From Dehalococcoidia bacterium (lineage in GTDB: Bacteria > Chloroflexota > Dehalococcoidia > Lucifugimonadales > VXLM01), in NCBI GenBank assembly GCA_963662435.1, contig OY759598.1, forward strand, positions 2,078,507-2,142,506: a stretch of DNA of 64,000 nucleotides, given 5' to 3'. A program made the translations under genes and the position numbers. This document shows positions 29,820-40,985 of the stretch, one piece after another. The stretch's first letter is position 1. Each line of letters starts with the position of its first letter. The notes below the pieces were generated by a model. The model saw only the letters and a list, made by a program, of their open reading frames with translations. It did not search any database and was not told the origin of the DNA.

Positions 29820-31478
29820 CTAGCGTCTCCTCAGGACCAAGTAGATGAAGGTGGCCGTCACAATTGTTCCCACAATTAACAGGATGATGATCAACGTAGT
29901 GCGCTGACGGGGAGTGGTCGTGATGGTGGGCAACGTATCTCGCAACCGCTGTGTGGCGTCCCCGATGATGGGGATCTGAGGCCTGCTGGGGGCATCCGGC
30001 AAGACGGTCGGCGTCAAGGGTGGCTTCTCGGCAACCTCGGCTGCTGACTCCAATGGCGTCAACGTGGGTGTTGGCGTGCGCGCAGGTGTTGGTGTGTACG
30101 TTGCGATAGGAGTGTTGGTGACGGTAGTTGTGTGAGTTGGCGTATGAGTTGGCGAGGATGTGGCTGTTGACGTCGCCGTGGGCGGTGGTGTCGGTGTCGA
30201 GGTCGGGGTCAGGGTCTTTGTGGGCGTAGGTGTGTATGTCGGAACCGGCGTGGACGTAACCGTCGGCGTATTGGTAGGTGTCGGGGTGGACGTAACCGTC
30301 GGCGTATTGGTAGGTGTCGGGGTGGGTGTGGGCGTGAAGGTGGGCGTGGACGTGCGGGTTGGGGTTGAAGTACGGGTGGGAGAAGGAGTGAAAGTCGGCG
30401 TTGGTGTATAGGTCCGGGTTGGGGTGAAAGTCGGGGTGTTGGTCAGCGTTGGCGTTGGCATTGGAGTGAATGTTGGAGTCGGCGTAGCCTTTGTCGTCGG
30501 CGTAGGTGTAAGTGTTGGCGTTGGGGTAGGCGTCGGCGTATATGTCGGCGTATAGGTTGGTGTGAATGTAGGCGTCGGCGTATATGTCGGGGTAAACGTA
30601 GACGTAGGAGGAGGCGGTGGTGGCGGTGCCGGTGGAGGTGCTGGCGGAGGAGGAGGCGGTGGGGGAGGTGGTGGCGGGGGAGGCGGTGGCGGGGAATCCG
30701 GCGTCGACGTAGGCGTATGTGTAGGAGTGGGCGTAGGCGTAGGCGTATGTGTGGGCGTGGGCGTCGACGTAGGCGTAGGCGTATGTGTGGGCGTCAACGT
30801 TGGAGTATGTGTGGGCGTGGGCGTATGGGTCGGGGTGTCCGCCGGTTGAGGAGGCGGCGGAGGTGCCGGTGGTGGCGCCGGAGGCGGTGCAGGCGGTGGT
30901 GCAGGAGGTGGCGGCGGTGGCGGTGCTGGAGACCCACTGCAGGTGAAGTTACTTTCCGAGACCGAAACAGCCATCGATAGCGGGTCTACAACGACGTGGT
31001 TGGGCCAGCCCGGGTGCATATCTACGCGGATTGAACGTCCCGAGGTGGATACATGATCATCAGGCGGGCAATATGTAACAGTCTTGACCGATTGCTGTGC
31101 GAAGAATGCAACGGCGATCAACTCGTCAGCAAAAGTACCACTCGTCGAGTCATTGTAGGAGTCGAAGACTTTAACTCCACCATGAATCTTGTACGTGCAG
31201 CCGGCGGGCGGAGTCGGATTTATTCTTACCGAAATGGACAACCGGGAACCTTCGGACACGGGGTTCGGCGAAATGCTGCTCAAGCTCACTCTATACGTCT
31301 CGCCTTGGGCCAAGGCATCTTCGCAATCGACTGCAGAGGCCGTCTTACTGAAGTAGACGAGACTGATGATGGCGAAGGACAGGGCCAGCAGGAAAAAAAG
31401 AGGTGGGACTTGCACCAGCTTGCGGAATGACAAGCCTTGCCGAGTCGACCTGATTGACCTAATAAGTGCTGCTGGCAT
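29820..31478 (-). CDS. Pro/Thr-rich membrane-anchored surface protein
   Basis: Signal peptide ending ASA, about 130-aa beta-rich Cys-containing head, poly-Pro and (TPTx)n stalk, C-terminal TM helix plus RRR. Confidence 0.85.
   Translation of the reverse strand: MPAALIRSIRSTRQGLSFRKLVQVPPLFFLLALSFAIISLVYFSKTASAVDCEDALAQGETYRVSLSSISPNPVSEGSRLSISVRINPTPPAGCTYKIHGGVKVFDSYNDSTSGTFADELIAVAFFAQQSVKTVTYCPPDDHVSTSGRSIRVDMHPGWPNHVVVDPLSMAVSVSESNFTCSGSPAPPPPPPPAPPPAPPPAPPPAPPPPPQPADTPTHTPTPTHTPTLTPTHTPTPTSTPTPTHTPTPTPTPTHTPTSTPDSPPPPPPPPPPPPPPPPPAPPPAPPPPPPPTSTFTPTYTPTPTFTPTYTPTYTPTPTPTPTLTPTPTTKATPTPTFTPMPTPTLTNTPTFTPTRTYTPTPTFTPSPTRTSTPTRTSTPTFTPTPTPTPTNTPTVTSTPTPTNTPTVTSTPVPTYTPTPTKTLTPTSTPTPPPTATSTATSSPTHTPTHTTTVTNTPIATYTPTPARTPTPTLTPLESAAEVAEKPPLTPTVLPDAPSRPQIPIIGDATQRLRDTLPTITTTPRQRTTLIIILLIVGTIVTATFIYLVLRRR
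30050..30930 (-). repeat. Low-complexity coding tandem repeats (poly-Pro and Thr-Pro)
   Basis: GGCGT/GGTGG-rich tandem units encoding PPPA and TPTPT. Confidence 0.9.
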
Positions 31479-32079
31479 CGTTATGCGACAGTTACGGACT
31501 GAAGTGTTCCGGCTGACGATTCCAAGTGCAGTTGCCGCGCCTTTTGAAGTACTGTCTACTTCAGCACTAGGCTCTTTTCATGCATTCCGTTCAGATAAGC
31601 CTGTCAGCCCCCAGCAAATACGAGCCGACGCGAAGAACCGCCTGTCGTACGACGGAATAAACGTCAATCCCGAATTCACACCGTCTTCAACGCACACCTT
31701 GCCTACGGCAGATTCGCGAACTTCGGCAAGTTCCTTTGACTTGTCCCTCACCCTTCTGGCCATTCGTTAGAATGAAGTGACATATCAATTGAACTAACAA
31801 TAATGAGCTTCCACGTCTAGCGACAGTATAATACTCCAATAGAACAATGTGAGAAAGTCCAGAAATCCAGCCCACAAGAACTGCGGGAGAATACTCGCTA
31901 ATATGGCCGAATCTCTTAAGATCGCCTTCACGTCCCGCATGTCGCTCAAAAGACGAGATTACAGCCAGAAGAGTCGAAGGTACGGTATAGGGATCTTCCA
32001 CCTGGAGTTGTGAACCAGGTTGCCTGTACAAATTTAGAATTGTTGGGCAGTCTAGAGCAGGTTCGGTAGAGGTTGAAAC

Positions 32080-32487
32080 ATGCGCGCATTGCTTCTGACA
32101 AGCCTGTTGATGGTTGCGTTAGGCTGTTCCCAAACGGACGCTTACGTTTGTCCAGAAGGGACGGACCAGTTCGTTGAATTTCAGCTGTTCATGGGCCGAA
32201 GCGGCCCGGACGGGGAGGTCGTGGACGACGAGTCCTGGGAGACTTTTCTCGCTGTTTCGGTTACCCCAAGATTTCCGGACGGCCTAACCGTGCTGGACGG
32301 CAAGGGTCAATGGCGGGGGAGCGATGGGCAAGTCAAGAAAGAACGCTCGAAGTTGCTCATTATTCTCGCTCCGCCTGGTGAGCATTTTGATCGTTTGATC
32401 GATGAGATCTCGGACGAATATAAGAGGCAATTCAACCAGGAGTCGGTCCTCAAAGTGGTAAAGGACACCTGCATTTCGTTTTCTTAG
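32080..32487 (+). CDS. DUF3574-family lipoprotein
   Basis: Lipobox ALGC; VTPRFPDGLTVLDG.GQWR, YKRQFNQESVL. Confidence 0.85.
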   Translation: MRALLLTSLLMVALGCSQTDAYVCPEGTDQFVEFQLFMGRSGPDGEVVDDESWETFLAVSVTPRFPDGLTVLDGKGQWRGSDGQVKKERSKLLIILAPPGEHFDRLIDEISDEYKRQFNQESVLKVVKDTCISFS

Positions 32488-32524
32488 AATTTGGTGGATT
32501 TCCAACTCCCATTCAGACCAGCGC

Positions 32525-34075
32525 TTACATTTGCCCTGTCATCTGAATTGGCAGAACCTTGTATCGGACCCAAATCTCAACGGACTGCAGTACACGATCG
32601 GCAAGGAATCTGTCCCAGCGCTCTTCCATAGTTAACTCAACGACATTGTCTCCGTGCTTGATAACGTCGAGGGGAACGTCAAACTCGAACCAATAGTGGG
32701 TGTTGATCCTCTGCGGCATTCCCACCTTCACAGGCATGTAAGACACAAGGCCCCCATAGAAATGGGTAACCTTCGCCTCATCCGTGGAAAGCCCGTGCCC
32801 GTTGATCTTGTACGTGATCGTGTCATTCGGGTGAGGCTGCACCAGCCTGACTCCCAAGGTAACGCTCTCCAGTTCGTCGTCTTCGATAGCTGAATTGAAG
32901 TCGTCGCTGACGGGGACAATTACTCTTGCGGTGGTTCCCTGATCGAGTGTGGCCGGGAGGTCCCTATCGGGTAGATAGGGGTCGGGTCTAGCCGTCGTTG
33001 GGGCGATAGGATAATGCTTCGTTTTGCGCGCATACGCGTCAGGGTCTGCCATCTCCCGCATAACCTGGTACTCGGTGTTGGTGTGTGGCCACTGGAGATC
33101 GGCCAGGTACACTCCGTCTGCGCCTGCTGCGCGGTAATTTCCCGCCACTGCCCTCGACATCTCAATCGTTACGTCGTGATGGCGGTCGTCATACGAGTCA
33201 CGCCCCATGGGGGGGTAGATTCCGACTCCAGACTCACGGGCTTCCTCAACCATCCAGCCGAAATGAGGGACCGGGTCTATGATCGTCACGTCGCCGAACG
33301 GCGTCACCCAATCGACTATGCCTTCCCGAATCCACGTTCGCAGGTCCATCCCTGCGTCCAGACAGCCCTGCTCGCTCGGATGCACTCGAACGGCGAGGGA
33401 CAGTTCCCTGCCCTGCCGTCGGCCGATGTCGTCGAGCAAGGCACGAACGCTCCGCATCCAGTCTGTGAGGATGGGAATATTCTGTTCCACCTCGGACGGT
33501 TTGAAGAAGACACGGATGTATTCGTCGATCTCCACGCCGTCCGCGCCATACCGGTCGCAGATCTCCTCGATTACCTGGAGTCGTTCCTCTCTGACATCGC
33601 CCTTGGCGAAATCCAATGCGGTGGCGGTGTGCGGCTTGTCGGGGTCTTCTTCCCCTATCATCACGTCGGGGTTCTCGTACTTGAGGCTTCCTATGGAGTA
33701 GTTGCTGCCTTCGGGTGCCCCAGCATCGTTGATTCTAATGCTGCCGAGCACCCGAATCCCTTTTTCGTGTGCCCGGTCGACGACTATCTTGAATGGGTCG
33801 AGTCCACGTTCGAGAGCGGATTCCAAGTTTGCGGCTGCCCGCCACCAGACAAGCCCATGGTTGTGCTCCGTCGCCTTCTCGCCGAACTTGATCCCGACTT
33901 TAGTATCGTACAGGAACGTCTGGCCCATTCCGGTACCGTATACCAAGGTGTCGACGCCCGTGCCGATAAGGTCATCGACAGGCTTCCGAAGCTGGTGCAG
34001 ACTCATCGGAGGGTCGAACCTGTACATCAGGTAGTGACGCGAATCGTGGTAGTAGATCAGTCGAGGCTTAGTCAT
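32525..34075 (-). CDS. Glycoside hydrolase-like (GHL10/family 10-like TIM barrel) protein
   Basis: RLIYYHD, GIRVLGSIRIND, LDFAKGDVR, YGADGVEID. Confidence 0.7.
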   Translation of the reverse strand: MTKPRLIYYHDSRHYLMYRFDPPMSLHQLRKPVDDLIGTGVDTLVYGTGMGQTFLYDTKVGIKFGEKATEHNHGLVWWRAAANLESALERGLDPFKIVVDRAHEKGIRVLGSIRINDAGAPEGSNYSIGSLKYENPDVMIGEEDPDKPHTATALDFAKGDVREERLQVIEEICDRYGADGVEIDEYIRVFFKPSEVEQNIPILTDWMRSVRALLDDIGRRQGRELSLAVRVHPSEQGCLDAGMDLRTWIREGIVDWVTPFGDVTIIDPVPHFGWMVEEARESGVGIYPPMGRDSYDDRHHDVTIEMSRAVAGNYRAAGADGVYLADLQWPHTNTEYQVMREMADPDAYARKTKHYPIAPTTARPDPYLPDRDLPATLDQGTTARVIVPVSDDFNSAIEDDELESVTLGVRLVQPHPNDTITYKINGHGLSTDEAKVTHFYGGLVSYMPVKVGMPQRINTHYWFEFDVPLDVIKHGDNVVELTMEERWDRFLADRVLQSVEIWVRYKVLPIQMTGQM

Positions 34076-34323
34076 GGCACTCTCCCTGCGGTCAACAGAC
34101 CGCTTGCGGATTGAGGGACTCATTTATCGACGCACTCGTTTGCGGCGATATTATACCGGTAGCCGGACGCACACGTGAGGGTGAATCGTATCCGCCTTCA
34201 TGCTCATTCATCAAATGGCGGCTTTGTCCTCACTATGTAGTCTTCCGCCCACCTGACCTGTCACGATAGGTAGCGTCGAATGCCGCTGTGGTATAGTCGA
34301 TGCACTCGATGAAGGAGGCGTTC

Positions 34324-35376
34324 GTGGAGCACACTCACGACGGGCTGCGGCTGACCACCCTGGCCCACTGCGCGGGCTGAGCGGGTAAGTTCAGTCCCAG
34401 CGACCTGGCGCAGGTGCTGCGCCAGCTACCACCTGTACGTGACCCCAACCTGCTCGTCGGCGTCGACACAGCAGACGATGCCGCCGTCTACCAATTGACG
34501 GAGGATACGGCGCTCGTCCAGACGGTGGACTTCTTTCCGCCGGTCGTCGATGACCCGTACTCCTTTGGGGCAATCGCAGCCGCCAACGCGTTCAGCGATG
34601 TTTACGCGATGGGCGGACGGCCCCTGCTTGCCCTCAACGTCGTGGGTTTCCCGGTCGAACTCCCCAAGGATATCCTCGGTCAGGTACTGCAAGGAGGCGC
34701 TGCCAAGGCTGAGGAGGCGGGAGTCCTAATAGTCGGCGGCCATACGGTCGACGACGCGGAGCCCAAGTACGGAATGGCGGTGACAGGCACGGTGGAGCCG
34801 GGCAAGCAGATCACGAATGCGGGCGCGATGCCGGGGGACTCACTGGTGCTGACTAAGCCGATAGGCACCGGCATCATCACGACTGCGGGAAAGCGTGAGC
34901 AGACGAGTTCAGAAGTCTTGGAAAGCGCGATAGAAGTGATGAGTGTCTTGAACAAGACCGCTTCGGAGGCAATGGTCACAGTGGGGGTCAATGCCTGCGT
35001 AGATGTAACGGGTTTCGGCCTCATCGGGCACCTTCTCGGGATGCTCAATGCAAGCAATGTCTCGGCAGAACTCTCTTTTAAGAGCGTGCCGCTCCTGGAC
35101 GGAGCGGAGAGTCTGGCTGCGGAAGGAATCGTGCCCGGAGGAACACAACGCAACCGGAACGCAGCAGAGGAATCAGTGGAGTGGTCGACGGAATTTCAAG
35201 AGCATGAGAAGCTGCTTCTGTGCGACGCCCAGACATCGGGTGGGTTGTTGATGGCCGTACCGGAGGTGCGGAAGGACGCTCTTCTTTCGCAGTTGAAAAG
35301 TCGTGGCGTTGAAAACGCAGCCATCATTGGCCGCATAGTCGACGGGGCCCCAGGTATGGTTCGAGTACTGGCGTAG
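34324..35376 (+). CDS. selD: Selenide, water dikinase, selenocysteine-containing
   Basis: RBS GAAGGAGG, GTG at 34324, RLTTLAHCAG-UGA(34378-34380)-AGK in frame with DDAAVY, TVDFFPP, DVYAMGG, DAQTSGGLL. Confidence 0.95.
34398..34425 (+). promoter_or_regulatory. Candidate bacterial SECIS element
   Basis: Hairpin CAGC(G)ACCTG-GCG-CAGGT-GCTG starting 18 nt after the UGA; alternative stem CTGGCGCAG-GTG-CTGCGCCAG. Confidence 0.6.
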
Positions 35377-35394
35377 GGTGGGTAGAAGGATAGT

Positions 35395-36264
35395 TTGACA
35401 CGCCACTCGATCAGGTATATTTCAGCATTCGCTCTCGTCGCGCTCGTGGCGGCCGCGTGCTCACAGACGGACGGTTCTCAAGCTGCTCCGACTATTACGG
35501 CGACAAACGTGCCGACAGCCTCACCTGCGCCCACGAGCACACCATTTCTGGTCCCTACGTCAACTCACACTCCGGAACCCACTCATGGCCCGACGAGTTC
35601 CCCCTCTTCCACCCCTGCTCCAACACCGACCTCGATACCGTTGGCAACGGCTACATCCATCGCAACGGCGATTCCGACACCTACAAGCACTCCTTCACGG
35701 TCACCGGTTCCAATCGCGCCGAACGCCCCAACAGCCACTTCAACACCGGCGACACTGGCGACAACGTCGCCCATGCCTGTATCGACTGCCACGCCTCCAC
35801 CCATTAGCTCGCCTACGCCAACACCGGCAGGACAACCCACGCCATCCCCGGCCGACACGCCCACGCCGATACCTGCTTCCACCGAGACACCCACGTCGAG
35901 TTTCCCTCCTTCAAGTGGCGAAGGCGGAGTAGTGATCGCTTGCATCTTCTTCGACGGGGTGGTATCGAGACAGGAGCCCGACGAGTATGTGGAGATTGTC
36001 AACACGGGCACAGCTAGCCAAGACCTAGAGGGCTGGAAACTCCTGGACGTGTCGGACGACGGACCGACATTTGAGTTCCACGCGTTGGATATTCGGGCAG
36101 GTGAGCGCTTGCGAGTGTACACGAATGAGGTGCACGAGGAATGGGGCGGGCTGAGCTACGGTCTCGGGACGGCCATCTGGAGCAACGGAGAGCCAGACAC
36201 GGCAGGGCTCTTCGATAAGGCGGGGACGCTGGTGTCGTCCAAGACCTACCCGCCGGGGTGTTAG
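35395..36264 (+). CDS. Lipoprotein with Pro/Thr linker and C-terminal lamin-tail domain
   Basis: Lipobox AAAC, PT-rich linker, DEYVEIVN..DLEGWKL..AIWSN..D.AGL. Confidence 0.85.
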   Translation: MTRHSIRYISAFALVALVAAACSQTDGSQAAPTITATNVPTASPAPTSTPFLVPTSTHTPEPTHGPTSSPSSTPAPTPTSIPLATATSIATAIPTPTSTPSRSPVPIAPNAPTATSTPATLATTSPMPVSTATPPPISSPTPTPAGQPTPSPADTPTPIPASTETPTSSFPPSSGEGGVVIACIFFDGVVSRQEPDEYVEIVNTGTASQDLEGWKLLDVSDDGPTFEFHALDIRAGERLRVYTNEVHEEWGGLSYGLGTAIWSNGEPDTAGLFDKAGTLVSSKTYPPGC

Positions 36265-36280
36265 AGGGGATGCAGAGGAT

Positions 36281-36338
36281 CGTTCACGGTGAGCCTGCCG
36301 AACCGCGAAACGTCCTTCGACAAGCTCAGGGCGAACGG
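36281..36338. repeat. REP-like inverted pair between convergent genes
   Basis: CGTTCACGGTGAGCCTGCCGAA...TTCGACAAGCTCAGGGCGAACG. Confidence 0.75.
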
Positions 36339-36412
36339 GAGCGGGAGATTAGCGAATTCCAAAGGGGAGCTTGGGAGATCACCCTACACCCAACCATCCG
36401 TCGCCGCGAATT

Positions 36413-37603
36413 CTAACTGATGATGCCCTGTTCCCTGCCCGCCTGCTCGAATACGGCGAGGGCACGGACGAGCTGGTCCCGCGTGTGGGCCGCCGACATC
36501 TGGACGCGGATGCGCGCCTCTCCTCGCGGCACGACGGGGAAGCTGAACGCAACAACGAAGACGCCGCGAGCGTTGACGGCCTCTGCGAGGGCCACGTTCT
36601 TCTTCTCGTCACCGATCATGATAGGCACGATGGGATGGTCGCCCGGCACGATGTCGAAACCGAGGTCGTTCATCTTGCTTCGGAAGTAGGCCGTGTTCTC
36701 GTGGAGTCTTTCGCGCAGCTCCGGGCGGTTCTGGAGGATGTCGAGAGCAGTCAGCGCACCGACCACTATTGGCGGGGCCAGCGTGTTGGAGAACAGGTAT
36801 GGCCGAGAACGCTGCCGCAGTATGTCGATGATCTCCCTGCGCCCTGTCGTGAAGCCGCCGGACGCTCCGCCGAGGGCCTTGCCCATCGTGCTGGTAATCA
36901 CGTCGACGCGGTCGATGACTCCCTGCTTGTCGACACTGCCCCGTCCCGTGGGTCCGAGAAACCCGGTCGCATGGGAGTCGTCCACCATGACCATGGCGTC
37001 ATACTCTTCGGCGAGGTTGCAGATGCCGACGAGATCGGCCTCGTCGCCCTGCATGGAAAAGACGCCGTCGGTTGCGATCATTCGGAATCGAGCGTCCTGG
37101 GTCTCCTTAAGCTTTTCCTCGAGATCCGCCATATCGTTGTGCTTATAGACTTTGCGAGTAGCCTTGCAGAGTCGGACGCCGTCGATGATGCTCGCGTGAT
37201 TCAGGGCGTCGCTGATGATGGCGTCTTCCGGTCCTAGCACCGTCTCGAACAGGCCGGTATTCGCGTCGAAGCATGATGTGTAAAGGATCGTTGCCTCGGT
37301 GCCGAACCAACCGGAAATCTTGTCTTCGAGTTCTTTGTGAATGTCCTGTGTTCCGCAGATGAACCGCACCGACGCCATGCCGAAGCCGTGCGTCTTGAGC
37401 CCCTCGACGACGGCCTGCTCGATCTCCTCGCTGTCGGCCAAGCCGAGGTAGTTGTTGGCGCACATGATGAGTTCGTGGCCCTTGGACGTGTCGACCTCCG
37501 CACCCTGCGGGGTCCTGATGATCTTCTCTTCCTTGTACAGGCCGCTCTCTCGAATGGATTCGAGCTCGTCCTGGAGGAAATCTTTAACTGCGGTATAAGC
37601 CAT
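36413..37603 (-). CDS. kbl: Glycine C-acetyltransferase (2-amino-3-ketobutyrate CoA ligase)
   Basis: [57 protein letters not shown]. Confidence 0.95.
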   Translation of the reverse strand: MAYTAVKDFLQDELESIRESGLYKEEKIIRTPQGAEVDTSKGHELIMCANNYLGLADSEEIEQAVVEGLKTHGFGMASVRFICGTQDIHKELEDKISGWFGTEATILYTSCFDANTGLFETVLGPEDAIISDALNHASIIDGVRLCKATRKVYKHNDMADLEEKLKETQDARFRMIATDGVFSMQGDEADLVGICNLAEEYDAMVMVDDSHATGFLGPTGRGSVDKQGVIDRVDVITSTMGKALGGASGGFTTGRREIIDILRQRSRPYLFSNTLAPPIVVGALTALDILQNRPELRERLHENTAYFRSKMNDLGFDIVPGDHPIVPIMIGDEKKNVALAEAVNARGVFVVAFSFPVVPRGEARIRVQMSAAHTRDQLVRALAVFEQAGREQGIIS

Positions 37604-37704
37604 GCGGCTCTCCTTCGCCGGAAACGTGATGCGTGATAGGGTAAGGTGCTGGAGCGGGGAATTCAATTAAATGGGGCACTAGACCCGAGTTCGGAGCGAA
37701 TCTC

Positions 37705-38673
37705 TCAACCACTCGGCACGAGGTACTTCCTCGGGATCTCGGCGCCGACGGTGTATTGAATTCGGCCGATGCGCACCATCTGGTAGACATTCACTCGGAA
37801 ATCGGGGTTGATGCATGCGTGCATGTACGCGTCTCGCTCGGAGACGCCGTACTCGGTGACCATCCACTCCATGAGGTTTTCGATGGCGCTCTTGACCGCG
37901 TCCTCCAGCGGTCGGAACGAGTAGAGGGCGACGATGGAGTCGTCCTTCTCAAGCCGCACGAACGGAATCGTCTTATTCTTGATGACTCGGCACGAGAGGG
38001 TCACCTCGCCTCGAGTCTCATCCGCCGTGCCGTAGAACTCCGTGTCGCCCTGGCTGGCGTGAACGTCTCCCACATAGAGTAGGCCGCCCTCGTGATAGAC
38101 GTTCAGGTACACGCGAGTGCCTTCCTTCACGTCACGCACGTCAAGGTTGCCGCCCCACGGCCCCTGTCCGACGGCGCTGGTCTCCACTTCTCGGTCGGGC
38201 GCGGTACCGATTGTGCCGATCATCGGGGCAAGGTCCCACGTGATCTTGTCGTTGAAGATACCCTTGCCGTCGCTGGTCGTGCCGCTCGGACCCGGGAGGT
38301 GCTTGATGATGTGGACGAACGGTCCTCGCAGGGACTCCCACTTGTACGAGTCGCCGAGGGGACTCTGTCCCGGTCGGAAGTTCGTGAATCCCTGGTCGTC
38401 GACGATGATCCGCTCAATCGTGACCTCGAGCAGGTCGCCACGCTCGGCCCCTTCGACGAAGACGGGGCCGCCGATGGGATTGCCCTTTGGCGGCTCGAAG
38501 TTTCGCGTCGGGAAGTCCATGATGTGCGGAGCGACATCGGCCGACCTCACCTGGCCTGAGCCGGCGTCCTCGGTCTCCACGACGAAACTCTCGCCCTGTG
38601 TGACGCGTAGCAAAGGTTCGTCGCTCCGATTGAACTCATACTTCATCGCCTGGTCGCGGGATATTCGCTGCAT
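37705..38673 (-). CDS. Acetamidase/formamidase family protein
   Basis: NPIGGPVFVEGAERGD, PMIGTIG, GGNLD, GDVHASQGD.E. Confidence 0.9.
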   Translation of the reverse strand: MQRISRDQAMKYEFNRSDEPLLRVTQGESFVVETEDAGSGQVRSADVAPHIMDFPTRNFEPPKGNPIGGPVFVEGAERGDLLEVTIERIIVDDQGFTNFRPGQSPLGDSYKWESLRGPFVHIIKHLPGPSGTTSDGKGIFNDKITWDLAPMIGTIGTAPDREVETSAVGQGPWGGNLDVRDVKEGTRVYLNVYHEGGLLYVGDVHASQGDTEFYGTADETRGEVTLSCRVIKNKTIPFVRLEKDDSIVALYSFRPLEDAVKSAIENLMEWMVTEYGVSERDAYMHACINPDFRVNVYQMVRIGRIQYTVGAEIPRKYLVPSG

Positions 38674-38828
38674 AGCTCTTCTATTTCCTTGTCTGGTAAA
38701 TCAATATGAGGTGGGAAGCTTCTCTCTACCCTTCCGTGCCGTCAGGCGCTTGAAATCGAGACGCCAACTGGAGGAACCCGTCTTCGCCAGTGGGGAGCGG
38801 AATTCGGAAGTACTCGTCTGTCGTCCGC

Positions 38829-39503
38829 CTACCCGTCGTTGGATGACTGGACGTTGCGGAAGGGGTGAATCCAGTTGGCGAGGGATCGAGGGTTCCGGGA
38901 CTGCACCCAGAGCCTGCCGCTGCCAGAGAATTCCATGGTGATCTGGTCGGAGAAGAGGAACGAGCGGATTTTCCTGGCGCGTGTCAGCCGGTAGTCGAGA
39001 GTGGAGTCCCAGGCGACCGCGTGGCCGTTATCGACGATGTATCCGCCATCCACCTCGATCTCCTGGATGTCGCCGTAGGCGCTGAAGAACAGCGTGCCCT
39101 TACCAGACACTCGGAGGATAAACATACCCTCGTTGAATAGTCCCCGCAGGCCTTGAAAGTCGGAGTTGGTCGACACGTCGGGCGACGAAGCCAGGTACGC
39201 TCCCTTCTCCAAGAGGAGCTCCTCGCCGTCCATCTCGTACGCCAGAATGTCGCCGGGCTGTCCCTGGGTAAGGCCGATGGTGCCGGGCGCGCCCTCCGCC
39301 TCGTAGGTATTCTGGAAGAAACTCTCGCCGCCGAGAACCCTGCGGCTGAGGCCGGACATGATGCCGCCCCTCACTGACGTCTCCGCGCGCATATTGTCAG
39401 TCATCCACGCCATCGCCCCCGATTCGGTAACGAGTTGTTCACCGGGGTAGAGGGTGACCTCCGCGAGACTGTAGCTTGGCCGCGAGTGGATGAAGTGCTC
39501 CAT
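38829..39503 (-). CDS. AIM24/TIGR00266 family protein (3rd paralogue)
   Basis: ESGAMAWM, GGESFF, VDNGHAVAW, FSGSGRLWVQSRN. Confidence 0.9.
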   Translation of the reverse strand: MEHFIHSRPSYSLAEVTLYPGEQLVTESGAMAWMTDNMRAETSVRGGIMSGLSRRVLGGESFFQNTYEAEGAPGTIGLTQGQPGDILAYEMDGEELLLEKGAYLASSPDVSTNSDFQGLRGLFNEGMFILRVSGKGTLFFSAYGDIQEIEVDGGYIVDNGHAVAWDSTLDYRLTRARKIRSFLFSDQITMEFSGSGRLWVQSRNPRSLANWIHPFRNVQSSNDG

Positions 39504-40192
39504 TACGAATTCCTGTCCGGGAGGAGAGGTCCGAGCGTCCTGCCGAATTCATCGGGATTGTGACTCTGAACGAGGACGCGCCCATATCCACTGAAATGGA
39601 GGACGATCCCCTCGCTCGTCAGGAACGAGGATATCCAGCTTCCACCGGCCTTGCCGACCGAGTATTCCAGCGAGTCCTCAAACGCCACGACGTGCCCTGT
39701 ATCAATGGTGAGGCCGCCCTGCACTTCCAACTCCGTGATCGTACCGAAGGCGTTGACCAACAGCGGCCCCCTGCCCTCTACGCTGAGGAACGACAAAGAT
39801 TCTCCCGACAGCATTCCCCGCAGGCCCTGGAACTGGGTGTCAATATTCAGTTCTACGCTTGAGCCGAGGTAGCTGCCACCGGCGCAGACCCAACGCGCAT
39901 CGCCGTCGCAATCGATAAGGGCGACCTGGCCCTGCAAAATCGGCGCAAGTCCGATCTCGGCGTCCTGATCGTCCAACACACTGTAACGCGATAAGAAGAA
40001 GCTCTCTCCCGCGATCATTCGCTTGATGCCCGACATGATTCCGCCGGAGCTACGGCTGCGAGTCGTTACGTCTATATCGACGTTGTTGGAGGCACGAAAC
40101 ATCGCTCCTGCCTCGGATACGAATTGCTCTCCTGAGCCTAGCTGCACGAGGGCCGAGCCGAATGCGCCGTTTTCAGCGATCTCTATGTCCAT
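39503..40192 (-). CDS. AIM24/TIGR00266 family protein (2nd paralogue)
   Basis: EAGAM, AGESFF, IDTGHVVAF, SEGIVLHFSG. Confidence 0.9.
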   Translation of the reverse strand: MDIEIAENGAFGSALVQLGSGEQFVSEAGAMFRASNNVDIDVTTRSRSSGGIMSGIKRMIAGESFFLSRYSVLDDQDAEIGLAPILQGQVALIDCDGDARWVCAGGSYLGSSVELNIDTQFQGLRGMLSGESLSFLSVEGRGPLLVNAFGTITELEVQGGLTIDTGHVVAFEDSLEYSVGKAGGSWISSFLTSEGIVLHFSGYGRVLVQSHNPDEFGRTLGPLLPDRNS

Positions 40193-40227
40193 CTCAGGCC
40201 GCTATCCATTTCTATTCGATTCGAATC

Positions 40228-40884
40228 CTAAACGGTGAAGGGGGTCAGCCACGAGGCCAATCCCGGCATCGTACGTGTCTGCAAGTATATGGTGCCGGTC
40301 CCGGAGAACTTCAACACGAGTCCCTCACCGGAGAGCAATGTGCTCTTGATTCCACCCATGCCCTGAATCGAGTAGCTCAGGGAAGGTTCCCACGCCACGA
40401 CGTGGCTTGTATCGACTATGAACGAGCCGTCGATCTTCCTCTCGATAACCGAGCCGTAGGCGTTGAAGAATAGTTCTCCTCTACCGCTGCACTCCATGAG
40501 GAACAGTCCCTCGCCGGAGAAGAGAGCCTTACCCCCACCGAACTTGGTGCTCAGTTCGATGCCGGGGGTGCAGGCCATGAATGACCCGCCGGTAAGCAAA
40601 AAGGAGTCTCCATTTAGCGTCCTCTGAAAGACCGTTCCGGGCTGAGCGGGAGAGAAGGCGATCCCTCCTCCCTTGCGGGTGGAATACTCACCGACGAAAA
40701 GTGACTCGCCGCCGGTGAACTTGCGAATGAGGGCGCTGAAGAAGCCGCCGAGTAGCCGCGCCTTGGAGTCGATGCTTGAGTCCATCCATGCCATTGAGCC
40801 GCCCTCGGCGATGAACTGCTCGCCCGGGCCTAACCTGACGTGCAGCTGCCCATAATCGGGATTGCCGACAATGTTCGTCTCCAT
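40228..40884 (-). CDS. AIM24/TIGR00266 family protein (1st paralogue)
   Basis: EGGSMAWM, GGESLF, VDTSHVVAW, SGEGLVLKFSG.G.IYLQTR. Confidence 0.9.
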   Translation of the reverse strand: METNIVGNPDYGQLHVRLGPGEQFIAEGGSMAWMDSSIDSKARLLGGFFSALIRKFTGGESLFVGEYSTRKGGGIAFSPAQPGTVFQRTLNGDSFLLTGGSFMACTPGIELSTKFGGGKALFSGEGLFLMECSGRGELFFNAYGSVIERKIDGSFIVDTSHVVAWEPSLSYSIQGMGGIKSTLLSGEGLVLKFSGTGTIYLQTRTMPGLASWLTPFTV

Positions 40885-40985
40885 GTCAGCATCGTATCTT
40901 CGATGGCGGACGGGTGTCAATCGGGACGAGGTCTGGTACTCTTCGTTCTTCGACCGTCACCACCAATCTCGTAGTGAGCAGCGCC

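Noticed and set aside
30050..30930. CRISPR array or non-coding tandem repeat; Val/Gly-rich plus-strand ORFs
   Set aside because: No constant repeat with unique spacers; it is the antisense of Pro/Thr coding sequence
31480..32079. Riboswitch or small genes in the AT-richer intergenic stretch
   Set aside because: Only a short hairpin (TGAAGT-N7-ACTTCA); no recognisable aptamer consensus, and the short ORFs lack motifs
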